A stretch of DNA of 64,000 nt, from assembly GCA_002269645.1 (NCBI GenBank), contig NIVC01001357.1, positions 62,001 through 126,000 of the forward strand, in the 5' to 3' direction. The translations under genes and the position numbers were made by a program. This document shows positions 36,901 through 50,207 of the stretch, one piece after another (position 1 is the stretch's first letter; every line of letters begins with the position of its first letter). Source of the DNA: Macrostomum lignano. Taxonomy: Eukaryota. Below the pieces are notes generated by a model that was not told the origin of the DNA, made no database searches, and saw nothing but the letters and a program-made list of their open reading frames with translations.

Positions 36901-37299
36901 GAGAGTTCACTAGCCTGTCTGTATGCTGTTTTATCGCTATCTCTATCTAACTAGTCAGCATATTTATTGTTTAACTAACTGTTATATTGTTCTCAATTTC
37001 ACTCGGGGAGGGTTCGCTAGCAGTAAACTGCGGCATAAATGAACGAATTCGCGAGTAGCAGTAAGCGGCATGCAATAGGCAGATAGTACACCTGAGCAGC
37101 AGTATGAGTTAGCAGCGGTTTCTGCTCAAAGCAATCCACATTTGAATGTAAAAAACCTCTTCTTAGCTCTAAAGAATTCAACTGTGACTTTGGAAACTCT
37201 GGATAGAGTCCAAAAGGTTGGTGGAAGTATGAATACGAGATCAGAAATAAGAGCACGCTCAAAAGAGACAGGTGGGGTAGAATGTAGCTAAATAGATGA

Positions 37300-37303
37300 A
37301 CAT

Positions 37304-37376
<73 letters not shown>

Positions 37377-37420
37377 CAGATATATACATACTGTATATAT
37401 ATATATATAGATAGATGGAT

Positions 37421-37510
<90 letters not shown>

Positions 37511-37560
37511 CACAGACAGACAGACAGACAGACAGACAGATAGATAGATAGACAGATAGA
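37300..37560. repeat. Compound (GATA)n/(TA)n/(GACA)n microsatellite
   Basis: Directly visible. Confidence 0.97.
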
Positions 37561-38588
37561 ATCAACGCCCACAAGCGGCGAGATTATCAGTCAGGCCTAG
37601 AGCATAGACTAACCCCAAATCCATTCAGGAAAAGCGCGCAGGCACATCAAAGAAACCAGCATAAACAAATGAGGAAGCCAAATAAACCGCAGACATTTGT
37701 TACCCTAAGAGACTAAGAACATAACAGAATCGGCTATTCGGGCGAACCGTTCGACTGCAGGGCTAGGCCTGGTCACGCAGTCCCAAGTCATGGGAGGGAG
37801 GACAAGCAAGCGGGGGGCTATATGTTCTGGCCCCACCTCCCGCACACTACACTAGAGTATGCAACTCAAAAAGTAACTCGACTTGCTATTTAAGAAAGCC
37901 ATCAGAAAGCTGAAAGAAACGATATCGCTTTTTTTCCTCGATTAGAAGACATTGAAGCTTATATAAACGTCAGTCGTCAAACGAGGCGAACTTATGTGCA
38001 GCATGTGCTCAAACAAGCTCAAGGCCTAAGTGTACATGCACTTCTATTTTATAATGAACTAACGATGATGGACACTGAAATGTTAGCATACTATAGGCTG
38101 GAACAATAGCGACACATATTAGAAAATAGAGACAGAATACCCAGACCTAACCAAAGCTACATGCGTGTATTACAGTGCTTGCACAGCACACATATTCTGT
38201 AAAAAGACAGTCCTCAATTCCTGTCGAGTGGCGACCAATTAGCCAAGTCTGTCTGTTGCTGCTACAACCCTATCTGGAGCACATCTCTTGCTTCAATAGT
38301 TATCATTCTTATTGTTTAGCCAAGAAGAACCACTTGGCCAAGTCTTTACTCTGTATAGCTAGCTCTCATTGAGGCGCCTATCTGTGGGGCAGAACAGCCA
38401 ATATCAATAGTGCAATGGCAATGTAGCTATAGCTTAGAAAGGCTTTTTCTAATAGTACAAATTTGTAATAGTTAAGGGTGTTTATAAAGTAATAGCTGGG
38501 TTCGCATCATGCATTGCAAATACACTCAGCAACATGCTAAAGTTTCCACCCAGAAACTAATAGTCAACTTTTCTCAGAACTCCAAGCG

Positions 38589-40780
38589 ATGCAATTCACA
38601 CACATCTATGGTTCTCATCTATGGATATGTATTTTGAATCACAAGGCCTTAGATTTAGGCTAAGAGAGTGGAAACTGATGACTAAATTTGGATTAAAGCT
38701 ATCACTTGTTGACCACTAGCACTTTGTTGCATACATTGCTTAATAGTCCTTATCCAAGTTATACCAATAAACACACTTATTCAACCCTTGGGCTAGCTAT
38801 AGACTATAGAAATATATTTATTCTTCCTTTGGGCCAGGCCATAGACTATAGAAATGTATTTATTCTTTACCAGGCTTGGCCATAGACTAAAAAAACAGTT
38901 AATCCTATTTAGGTCAAGATTATAGAAATATATTTATTTTGATTTTTGTCTGCAGTCTATAGCCAGGCCAAAATAAAAAATAAATATAAATAAATAAATA
39001 CTTTTTTTCTACTTACTTTAGTAAAAAAAAACTTGCTAGTTAAAACTTAATATTTTTAGAGGAATTTTAATTAAATTTTTTGTTACACTAGAGCATAGTA
39101 ACCTATAACAAGTTTTTGTGGTTTAATTATTAGTAGTTCTAATATAGATCCTATTTTGAAACAAAGTATTTATATATTAAAAAGTCATATAGGCTTATAT
39201 TATAAAATATCTCAAAGAGCAAGATAAAACTCTTTCTTTAATATGCAAAGTTAAACTTATTCTAAACAATGAGACAATAGGCTAATAGTTAAACTTCTTA
39301 AATTTTCCAATAGCTAAATATATCATCTAGTCTATTTGCAAATATAAATTATTTCTTGTTCTATTTTTTAAATTACTGTTAAAGTTAAGCCAAATACATT
39401 ATTTTATTAAGCAGTTATATAAATACTAAAATAATATACTGGTATTTAAAAAACAAAAAAAATATACAAAATATTTAAAAAATTATAAGACAAATTGGCT
39501 TAGATCTATGGTATACCTGTTAGGATCAAATAAAATGACTTTACATACATGTAAAATATGCTACATGCAACACTGTCAACATAGAACAAGGAATAAAAAA
39601 ACAATTTTATATTTTGCACCCTAAAAACTTATTTTTTCTTAAATTTTAGCAAATTAAAGTATTTTAATTAAGGTACTTCTTTTCTAATTGTCTTTTCTCA
39701 TTGCACATTGCAAAAGTGCATAGTTTTAAGTTTGTTACTTTGTATGAATAATAAATTCAAGAATAAAAAAGTGTATAACTTTGGTATACAAAGTTGAAAA
39801 CATTTTTAATATTGGTATACAAATATAGTCTTGTACTTTTTCCCTTTTTAGACCCAGCATACACTAATACACAATCCAAACTATAGGCTAAGATTAGGAC
39901 TAGGTCTTATAATATAAAGTATATAATATAGTCTATAGAGTTTTATTATATTATTTAGCCTAAGTTAGGCTATTCTTATTTTCAATATACATTAATAGAA
40001 TCTACAAACATAATAATAAAAATCTTTAAAATTGGTTATCTTGGATAAAAAAATGGATGAAAAGATGAAAAATTAGGATGATACAAATATTTTTTATTCA
40101 AAAATATTTTTACTTATTTTACAATAGCTAATTAATATTTAACTAACATTTCCTAGTCATTTTGTTGTCATTCTGTTATTTTCTATTTTAGTATTTTGTC
40201 ATTTGGGTGTCTATTACTTTATTCAAACTGAATTGCCAGACTTTGGAAGGTTATATAGAAAACTAGAAAAATTCAGGCATACAAATGATCCCTTTCAAAG
40301 TTGATATATAAATTTAGGCACATAGGCATAAAAATTTATGCATTTTTTAGAGTACCAATTTCAGCATACAAATTCATGCCAATTTTTTGCATATAAATTT
40401 TGGTGAATAAATTCATGCCATGCATCAAAATAGTAATGTAAATTAATGTTGTCATATAAAATAAAAGAAAATTTGTATCGTCTTTTGTCTAGAAAACTAG
40501 TAATAAATTCTTTGCTTCTTTAAAATCAAAAATAAATTAAATTAGTGAAAATTATTGCTAAAAACATAAATTTTGTGTCATTATTTTTAGAGATGTATTT
40601 TTTTTTAAATAAAAATTTTTGTAATATTTAAAAAAGATGTTTTGTACAAAAGCCTCTCTTAGAAAACTCAACTTGTGAAAACTGAATGAACTTTTTTAGT
40701 AGAAACTTTGGGATAAATTTTAAGGAATTTTTTTCTTTCTTGGCATACACTGGCCTACATTAAGCTAAGATAGGATTCTT
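38589..40780. other. AT-rich, CpG-depleted block (roughly 10-25% GC per 60-nt line), probably a decayed repeat
   Basis: No CG dinucleotide found by eye between 38589 and 40478; no recognisable ORF. Confidence 0.7.
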
Positions 40781-42328
40781 GTTCTGGCGTATACTACGAC
40801 ACAATCTGGACCCTGGTTGAATTGCTAATTGTGTCAATTCCAAATGAATTAATATGGAAATGATGTGTATAAAGTATGAATTGCTTCAATTTTTATATGA
40901 ATTTTAATGTTAAAAAGATGTGTCCTAAATTTTTGGCGATTTCTCTTCACTTGTGATTGAGGACAAAGAAGTGTCCAAATTTCCAGGAGTTTTGTGTGTA
41001 GTGCACTGATTATTCACTATAGGCCCTACAAAAAATATAGTGAATCACTATACAAAGCATTGTCATCCATTACCATTTTACCGATTGATGACAAAGTATT
41101 ATGAGTATTCAGCTAGTAATATTTGATATTCGGTATCTGAAAGCTTAAATCAATTCTTCATCATATATGAAGACATGGAATATGACGATCTACTAATTTA
41201 ATTAGCAACCTAATTAACAACATACTCCATACTCGTAGTCGTACTTTATGCTTATACAATTGAAATATTGAGAAAATTACCTGTGTAATTGGCGGGATGG
41301 ATAAAATTAATCTACATAGCATGGTGGCCCTAGTCCTATTAATTGCGCCAAGCGATATGACTTTAAAAAGTCCGATAGATAGCACTCTATGTAAATATGG
41401 AATTTAACTTAGCACGCTACGCTGGTCAAACGCGCGCCATTTGTATTAAATAGGTAAATCAAAATAGAAGCTGTTTTAAAATATAGTATGCAATACAAAT
41501 TCTTGTTACAAATCATTTGGTTTATTTATTTCTGTGAAATTTTATAGACTTTTCAGTTGTAAATTCTATTATTTATGGACGAAATGAAAAGGCAAAGGAG
41601 GTCATAAATGCATATATACGCATGTTTGTTTTATGCATGCGTAGCGTATGTTAGTATATACATTTAGTTGCTGGAAAAGAAGCAAATTTTCTTTTTGAGT
41701 AGCGAAAGTAATAATTATCATGCGTTCCTACTAGGCTCTTTAACCCCACTTAGCACCGCTAGGCCTTTTCATATTTAGTTCTTATTTTTAAACCTTTTCA
41801 AATTAGTCTTTAGCAAACATGTACGTGGATATAAGCTATATTCTGGACCAAACTGTAGACGTAGTCAAAGAAATCAGGGTGATGTATTTTTAGTACATGC
41901 CCATGCAGTTTTTAGGCTCAGATGGTGTAGGGGGTAGATGGAATACATGCATGTATTACAATTATAACATGAAATCATTAGCAGTCCATGTACATGTACA
42001 TGTATGAGCATAATGCAACTATATATATGGGAACGGCTCTACATTTGCATGTTTTATTTTTTGTGAAGAAGAATTCCCAAATACAAGTGACGATTTAAGT
42101 CGACGGCAAATTTCGTACTCTGCACCTGGTATACCTGTACAGTACATACATATACAATACCTGTGCCTGTATTCTGAATATCTGTACAATATTCCGACGT
42201 CGATAGACGTCCATGGCAAATACGAGTAGGCACTTTTACAATATTTTGAAGGCGGCTGACGTATAATTGTATAAACCCTTTTTTCGCAAAAGATAATGCA
42301 GTGAGATACTTTTAGCTAGCGTTGGCAT

Positions 42329-42359
42329 AATGCAAATTCATTAATTTGCATCTGACGTC
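42329..42359. promoter_or_regulatory. Inverted octamer pair plus CRE (ATGCAAAT-TCATTA-ATTTGCAT-C-TGACGTCA); candidate enhancer
   Basis: Three exact 8-bp consensus sites within 31 bp. Confidence 0.45.
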
Positions 42360-43084
42360 ACAGGACATGGCAGATTGTTGTGGATAGTTAATTACGCACT
42401 TGTACATTATACGTACACGTATGGATTCCCATGCAGTGTGCACCCAAAGTGCGCCCGAAGAGGCTGAAATTAGGCCCTTGTTGTTTAACTATAACAAGCC
42501 TCCATCAATCAATGCCTGATCCCAACCGTGTTAGCCTGCAGTGAAGCTGCTATATGGCAACGGTACACGATGCTTGGTATTAGTCATTGGGGAAATGCGA
42601 ATTCGTGTTTCACAGCCAACAAAAGAGTAACTCATGATGATGAAGATGTAAATAGTAAAGTTTACATGCAATAGTTCAATTCAAACACGCGCTTGTGATG
42701 GGCAACTGGGTCCTTTTGTGACGATTGAGAGCTGCCTGCATACAGAATTAAAGCTACAGGCTCTGGAAAGTCATCTGCTCTACATGCATATGTAGCTAAT
42801 AGCATGCGGTGAGTGCAAGCCATGTGATCTGACCTGCAAACAATCAACGAATGGACAATCTACATGTGGCCTTGCTGTTTGCCCGTCAAAGTATGCGCTG
42901 TTGGGTACAAAAAAGGTTTTAGCACTCACGGCGCCTGGTGTGTGGAACTAATGACAAATCATTCGTAGCGAGAATTTTCATTTCCCGAATTCTGTAGCAA
43001 TCAACGCTGGTTGCTTCACCACAGAAATGTAGCCATGATTTTTATTGGGGTTCTTAATGAGCTCCTGGCCTTACTCCTGACCTT

Positions 43085-43945
43085 GAGCACTCCTCACCCT
43101 GAGTACTCCCCACCCTGAGTACTCCTCACCCTGAGTACTCCTCACCCTGAGTACACTCACCTGAGTACTACTCACCCTAAGTACTCCTCACCCTGAGTAC
43201 TCCTCACCCTGAGTACTCCTCAGCCTGAGTATTCCCCACCCTGAGTACTCCCCACCCTGAGTACTCCCCACCCTGAGTACTCCCCACCCTGAGTACTCCT
43301 CACCCTGAGTACTCCCCACCCTGAGTAGTCCCCGCCCTGAGTACTCCCCACCCTGAGTACTCCTCACCCTGAGTACTCCCCACCCTGAGTAGTCCCCGCC
43401 CTGAGTACTCCCCACCCTGAGTACCCCTCACTCTGAGTACTCCTCACTCTGAGTACTCCTCACCCTGAGTACTCCTCACCCTGAGTACTCCTCACTCTGA
43501 GTACCCACCCTGAGTACTCGTCACCCTGAGTACTCCTCACTCTGAGTACTCCTCACCCTGAGTACTCCCCACCCTGAGTACTCCTCACCCTGAGTACTCC
43601 CCACCCTGAGTAGTCCCCGCCCTGAGTACTCCCCACCCTGAGTACTCCTCACTCTGAGTACTCCTCACCCTGAGTAGTCCCCGTCCTGAGTACTCCCCAC
43701 CCTGAGTACTCCTCACCCTGAGTACTCCTCACCCTGAGTACTCCTCACTCTGAGTACTCCTCACTCTGAGTACCCACCCTGAGAACTCCTCACCCTGAGT
43801 ACTCCTCACTCTGAGTACTCCTCACCCTGAGTACCCCTCACTCTGAGTACTCCTCACTCTGAGTACTCCTCACCCTGAGTACTCCTCACCCTGAGTACTC
43901 CTCACTCTGAGTACCCACCCTGAGTACTCGTCACCCTGAGTACTT
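43085..43945. repeat. 16-bp minisatellite (CCTCACCCTGAGTACT), ~54 copies
   Basis: Directly visible; one AGTACT in most units. Confidence 0.96.
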
Positions 43946-44589
43946 TTAACCTTGAAAATTAAGAAGCTCCAGCGTAGCACCGTGGACAAATCAATCAAAA
44001 GGGTGCTGCTTCGTTCGAGGTGCACTCGCAGGCTTGTTGAGAAAAAGTAAAAAATGCTAGCTCGTATTAGAGAACAGCAACGTTCAAAATAGAGTTGCTG
44101 ATTTTGCTAAAATTTGCTTTTTTCGCATTTGCGCTGAGTGGAATTTTGCCATAAAAAATCTGTCGAGAAATATCCATCTAGCAAAATACCCTGAATCATT
44201 GCTTGTCTGCCAGTATCCGCACGGTAGCAGCTCATAAAAAAATATCTTGACACATGCTTGCTTCTTTTGTGCGAGTAATTTGGAAGTCCAGAACGTGAGC
44301 TATAGTATATCTAGTGTTAAAACAACCGAAAACTTTCTAACTTAACGTCTCAGCGCAGCGCCCTTCGCTTGAGTTGTCCACGCACAGCGTTTCTACGAGC
44401 TCGTATAGCACTCCTGCTGACACACCTGATAGACCTCACAACTCATCTCAAAGCCAAACCTGGTATTGCGGCATGATAATCAAGTCATCCCTTAGTTTGT
44501 TTGACAGTTCGCAGCGGGCTTTGGGCGCTGAGGCAAGTCAAGACGAGAGCCGACCCGCTGCCACCTCACGCTCAAGGAGAGCACGCTTA

Positions 44590-44720
44590 CGGATACATGC
44601 GCATGCAGGCGCTCACGCAGGGTGTACAGCGGCCCTGACTTTCTCATCGTCAGACAGTATAGACTCTGCGATATTGGGTTCGGCCCCCATGGGTGTGAAC
44701 TGCAGAAACCAATTAAAAAG
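44590..44720 (-). repeat. Dispersed hairpin-forming repeat, copy D
   Basis: Reverse complement contains CTGACGATGAGAAAGTCAGGGCCGCTGTACACCCTGCGTGAGCG. Confidence 0.75.
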
Positions 44721-44760
44721 GAAAAACAAGGCTGGGGTCCTCGGGCAGTGTGCACCAGAC

Positions 44761-44797
44761 CACGTGACGTCAGTACCTATTTTTAGAACTGACGTCA
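44761..44797. promoter_or_regulatory. E-box/CRE-MEF2-CRE composite element (CACGTGACGTCA-GTAC-CTATTTTTAG-AAC-TGACGTCA); candidate enhancer
   Basis: Two full CRE palindromes flank an exact MEF2 consensus; CACGTG overlaps the first CRE. Confidence 0.5.
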
Positions 44798-45419
44798 CCT
44801 CCCGCCTTAGAGAAGGCCGGGGTCCCGGGACGCGTGATTCCCCCGTAAACACAGGCCAGCGAGTGCATTAAACATGTTTAATGTACTTTTGGACTGCAGG
44901 AAAACACGGCTTGTTGTGTGACTTGCTCACAAGACAAGGGAAAACAGACCACCACCCGTGACTTCAAGACTGGAGCGAAACGAAGAGTAGACCACAGCAG
45001 AGATGCCCGTGGCTGCAAACAAGAGCGCAGAAAAAAGGGAGGGAGGCAGAGAACAGGCAGACAAAAGGGGAGGGAGGCTGCCCAGCGGCAGATAACAGCC
45101 CAGGGCGAGGGTGAGGGCGAGGGAAACGGCTTAAAATAGTGCGACACCTAACACCAAGTAGCGGCTCACTACACAATTTTAACGCAGTCGTGCACGGAAG
45201 ACGGAATCGAACCCACGTATCATTTTGGGGCAAAAGTCAGACGCGCAAACTGCTGAACTGCTCCAACTGCTTTGATATTCGGAAACTTTTTAGGAATCGC
45301 GGAAGTTGATGAGATTGGACACGTCTGTCACTAATAATTATATTTGTAGGAGAGCTGCGGGCAACCCTGAGCAACGCCTTTGGCGACATCGTCTCACAGC
45401 CAGCGCTGACGGCAATTCT

Positions 45420-45620
45420 GCCCATCCCGCTGGCTCCTGAGCACACATGTACATGTACAAGCGCGCCAATACTGTACGCAGGCACGCACTCACACACACG
45501 CTCACACAGGGTGTACAGCGGCCCTGACTTTCTAACTGTCAGGCATGTACACTCTCTGCGCCATGGGGGGGGGGGTTGGTGAATCCCATGACAACAGCCC
45601 CTCCAATTCTCGTGCACACA
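45420..45620 (-). repeat. Dispersed hairpin-forming repeat, copy B (longest)
   Basis: Reverse complement is GGCGCAGAGAGTGTACATGCCTGACAGTTAGAAAGTCAGGGCCGCTGTACACCCTGTGTGAGCG. Flanks match copy A (TCAGGAGYCAGCGGRATGGGC) and copy C (AATTGG...GATTCACC). Confidence 0.8.
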
Positions 45621-46531
45621 AGCCCCAAATGGGTTCTGTGGCGCGAGAGTCAGACACATTCACCGTTGAGCTGCTCAGCTCCTGGACACGTCCATCTCGA
45701 AGCAGCAGGAGCGGATGATTGGCTCTGAGACAATCGACTTGCTGCAGACTCTCATTCCGTTCTACTCTGGGTAGCTACAATAAAATAGGCTGCATGTCTC
45801 GGGCTCATCAAAATCCTAAGCCCATCATCACATATCCCACAGGCTCAGCTCTCTTGTAAATGTCACGCACAGCTTAGCCGGGCACATGCTGCGCGCAAAT
45901 GAGAGAAAAGTCCACCGGAATCTGCGCATTAATATAGGATTTGCGCTGCTGACAGCTTGTCTCTCAGAACAGAACAATGCCCCTTGCATTGTAAGCATAG
46001 ATACACGCTAGCATGGTGTCTCAGTTGACATGCAGTTCACATCAAGCTGGAATGCGGCACTGCTGACCAGAATTCCACATAAATTAAAAAGTCAGGTCAC
46101 GGCTAGGTAGTTTGACAACTATTGAAAGGCGGTTAGAAAGAGTATCGCGGCACAGCCAGCCCGTTCCTGGAATGCAAATCTGACCTATTTTTATGTACGA
46201 AAGCTTGCCGAAGCTTAAATAAGTTTTACAATTTCGATTGTTTGTTAACAATCTGTCATAAGCGAGGTGTTCATCTGGTTTGAAGTCTATCTACATACTA
46301 TAAATCGATGGCAACTCCAATAGAATGACGCTGCACTTGCAAGTTTATCAATCTGTTGTACTTTTCCTTGAAATACTACGGGAGACTAATGCCAGCCTTG
46401 CTGCCATAGACAAAAGCTCTATTTACTCGTACTTTGGCAAACATATCTTGGATTAAATTCAATGCGTGGAAGCCCAAATGGGCAGATCTGGAGGCTGCGT
46501 ACGGCTGTTCAGTCCAAGGACTCGGGGGGGG

Positions 46532-46714
46532 GGGGTCGCCACACACCCTCAATTACCCCAGCTAATGCTGGCACCCATTTTACAGCTGGGTGAACTGAAG
46601 CAATGCAGAGTTAAGTGTCTTGCTCAAGGACACAAATTGTTCCAAGTGAGTCAAGAATCGAACCCCCGACCTTCAAGTCATGAGTCCGACGCTCTAACCA
46701 CTAGGCTACAACCC
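46532..46714 (-). mobile_element. tRNA-derived CORE-type SINE, copy 1
   Basis: On the - strand: A-box-like TAGCCTAGTGG, CAT anticodon-like loop, B-box GGTTCGATTC, then TGTGTCCTTGAGCAAGACACTTAACTCTGCATTGCTTCAGTTCACCCAGCTGTAAAATGGG, which resembles the MIR CORE. Near-identical to 56656-56840. Confidence 0.85.
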
Positions 46715-47249
46715 TGTAGAAAATGATGCTGCATTGCGCTTAGTCTATTTCAGACATAATCTGCTCACATGGCCTATATAGAAAACGACTGGCTCTTCAT
46801 CATGGCTGCCGATGCGCGCAGTTTTCCCCTCGAAAAAAAGTGCACCTCGACGGAGTTTCCCGATCGCCTGGCTTGGCTGGCAATTTTCACAGTATGCAAT
46901 GCACAGGGCCGCCTGACGAATACTCAGTTTATTTATTAAGCGATATTGCGGCAGAGCCCCTTTAGCAGCCGCCAGTTGATAAAACTCGCTCTCGAGGGCT
47001 GAACTTCATCAGTTCTGTTTCGGCTTAATTGTCCTTCACTCCCCCCCCCTTGGGAATGGTGGGCTGAACGGACGTTCACTTACTACGACGACTGTTATGA
47101 AAGGGCCACTGCTATCGATCTCTTCTTTCTTGCATAACCGGGTACTCTTGCTTTCACTACATAGCTTTGCTTGTTCTGATAGATTATTGTAAGTGGGTAA
47201 AAGTCTGCCGCGATTTCTAACCAGTGCAATAAAGACATGTATAGACAGA

Positions 47250-47505
<256 letters not shown>

Positions 47506-49204
47506 AGGAGGCACTAAGCTCGGCCAGTCAGCTGGGATTAGTGGGTGGTAAAGTTTGCTTTCTCCCAACCCAGAAAAAATCGGTCAGTTTGCTCAGCGCC
47601 GAGTCGATCGCAGCGTCTTTCACATCCGCCATCACGCAGGCACAGAAAGCGTGAGGGTTAGTAGGGGGGGGGGGGGCGGAGCAAGACGGGCGAACGACTT
47701 TCGAAACCCTAGTCGAATTTTCGACTATAAATCCTGGGATATTCGCCCCAAAATCCTCCGCCTAGTGAGGATTCAAGTATTTGCCCCATTTTTTCAATCC
47801 CCTTCGTAGCGTAGCCTCATTTCCTTCATTTCCCCTCGTTTCTATTAATCTACCAAAAGGCGTACAGCTCTCCTGTCTGCGTGTGTGTTGGTTCAAGGCT
47901 TCGTGGGTAGAAGCGATTTTTACGTAAAAAAACACGCGCGTGTGCACTAACAAAACCGCACAATTTCGCCCAAAGCGTCTCTCCATTCCTCTTTCTCTCT
48001 CTTTCTCTCTCGCCGTTTCTCTCATCCCCAAGCCGGCCGCTCCTCCAATCCGCACTGATCCCCTGCGCGCCACCTCCTCTGCCTCTACTGCCCATTCTTG
48101 CCCAGACTAAAGCTTTGCGGTCCAAATTACCCGGCCGTATAAGCGAAGGGAGAAAATTTGGATTCCTCTGTAGGCAGCAGGCTCTCTGGAACCTGTCCGT
48201 GATCCCTTCCAACCACCTGCGCCAATCATCTCCGCGCTTTTTCCCTTGCCCACCTCCCCCTCCTCTCCTGTCGTTTTCTGGCTCTCCCTTTTACTCTCAC
48301 CAGTTGCCTACTAAAAGAAAGCACAACACAGCAAGGAGTCAATCGGAGTCAAGAGAGACTAATCCTTGAATCGTGGCGACTATCAAGAATCTGTCTTCAA
48401 ATTGAGGTGAGTTTAGGCTCCTGTACAGCCGTGAGAAAGATTAATCCTCTAAATCCCCGTGACAGGACAGATCCCAAATGGCTTATAATCCAAATTTACT
48501 AGAAGCAAAATTAATTTTCCCACTGACTCACGCCTGCCTCAGGGGGGATATCCGCGTGACTCATCACGACCTGGATGGCCACACACACACATGGACGGGC
48601 GGGTACTCGTAAAAAATAGGAAACTCTTAGGAACCTAAAAGAGGGGAGCGGAACGGATACACGCGACGGGGGCAAAGTACGTTGCTATTATTACAAGCAA
48701 GTATTGGTGCACCCAGCTCTTGCTAATAAGGGTTGACGTGACGCAGCTGACTTCAGTTTAGTCATCTATAGCTATACTGCACTTGTGTTATCCCAATAAT
48801 TTTCTCCCAACCTAAAAGCCTAAAAGCCTATAGTCAAACCTCGCTTTCTACGTGGGGATAAAAGATGAGAAAAAAGCTGCTATTTTTTGCCTATGGACTG
48901 GGGAAATAATTTCCGGTAAACGGTCAATAATAGTTTCTTTGAAGAAGACAAAAAAGTGAAGCGTGCTGTGCAGAACCTAATGATTTTAGTACGAGCTACT
49001 AGGCTAGCCCTAGGACGAGTTTGGGTCCTTGTTTTCTATAATTAGATCGTATTTCTGCTCTCAATTGAAAGTTTTAGATATCAGAAAGTTAGCGTATTTA
49101 GTGCGCAGCTGAAAAGGCTGCTTGCGTCAAACCTTGGTAAAGCCGATCGCGAATTGAAAGTTAAGCTGAGTTCACCAGCTCCAAATCACTCTGCAGCTCT
49201 GGGT

Positions 49205-50135
49205 TGAAAGAAGAGAGAGAGAAAAGAGAGTAGACGGGAGAGAGGAGAGAGAGGAGAGGGGAGAGAGGAGAGGGGAGAGAGGGAAGGGGAGAGAAAAGGA
49301 GAGAGGGGAGGGTTGTGAGAGAAGAGGAGAGAGGGGAAGGGTGGGGAGAGAAGAGGAGAGAGGAGAGCGAGAGAGGAGATAGAGTAGAGGGGAGAGAGGA
49401 GAGAGGAGAGAAGGGAGGGGAGAAAAGAGGAGAGAGGGGAGAGGGGAGAGAGGGGAGAGGGGAGAGAGAGAGGGGAGAGGAAAGAGAGGGGAGAGGAGAG
49501 AGGGGGGAGAGGAGAGAGGGGAGAGGAGAGAGAGGGGAGAGGAGAGAGGGAAGGGGAGAGAAAAGGAGAGAGGGTTGTGAGAGAAGAGGAGAGAGGGGAA
49601 GGGTGGGGAGAGGAGAGAGAGAGGAGAGCGAGAGAGGAGATAGAGTAGAGGGGAGAGAGGAGAGAGGAGAGAAGGGAGGGGAGAAAAGAGGAGAGAGGGG
49701 AGGGTAGAAAGGGGAGGGTGGGGAGAGAAGAGGAGAGAGAGGAGAGGGTAGAGAGGGGAGAGGGGAGAGAGAGAGGGGAGGGGAGAGAGGAGAGGGGAGA
49801 GAGGGAAGGGGAGAGAAAAGGAGAGAGGGGAGGGTGGTGAGAGAAGAGGAGAGAGGGGAAGGGTGGGGAGAGAAGAGGAGAGAGGGGAAGGGTGGGGAGA
49901 GAAGAGGAGAGAGGGGAAGGGTGGGGAGAGGAGAGAGAGAGGAGATGGAGGAGAGAAGGGAGGGGAGAAAAGAGGAGAGAGGGGAGGGTAGAAAGGGGAG
50001 GGTGGGGAGAGAAGAGGAGAGAGAGGAGAGGGTAGAGAGGGGAGAGGGGAGAGAGAGAGGGGAGAGGGGAGAGGAGAGAGAGGGGAGAGGAGAGAGGGAG
50101 AGAGAAGAGGGAAGAGAAGAGAGAAAGACAGCTGA
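49205..50135. repeat. Polypurine (GA-rich) low-complexity tract with internal duplications
   Basis: Directly visible; explains pseudo-ORFs at 49161-50425. Confidence 0.93.
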
Positions 50136-50151
50136 GAAGAGACGCAAATCT

Positions 50152-50207
50152 TGAGCGGGCCGAATCTCAGTATCAAAAAACCAGAGGGCCGGAGTTGCCG
50201 ACCCCTG
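50152..50207. mobile_element. Solo hAT/Charlie-like terminal remnant (GCGGGCCG...GGGCCGGAGTTGCCGACCCCTG)
   Basis: The end reads CAGGGGTCGGCAAC on the - strand with GGCCC-type subterminal motifs, like MER58-type MITE ends; partner end not found. Confidence 0.4.

Noticed and set aside
41740-41765. TTAACCCCACTTAGCACCG as a second piggyBac end
   Set aside because: No matching opposite end or transposase remnant was found.
44640-44662. CTGACGA...GAAA in hairpin repeat copy D as a hammerhead ribozyme core
   Set aside because: Only 3 nt between CUGANGA and GAAA (no stem II), and other copies lack the motif. Other CTGATGA sites checked (7850, 11388, 38676, 47005) also lacked a valid stem II/GAAA arrangement.
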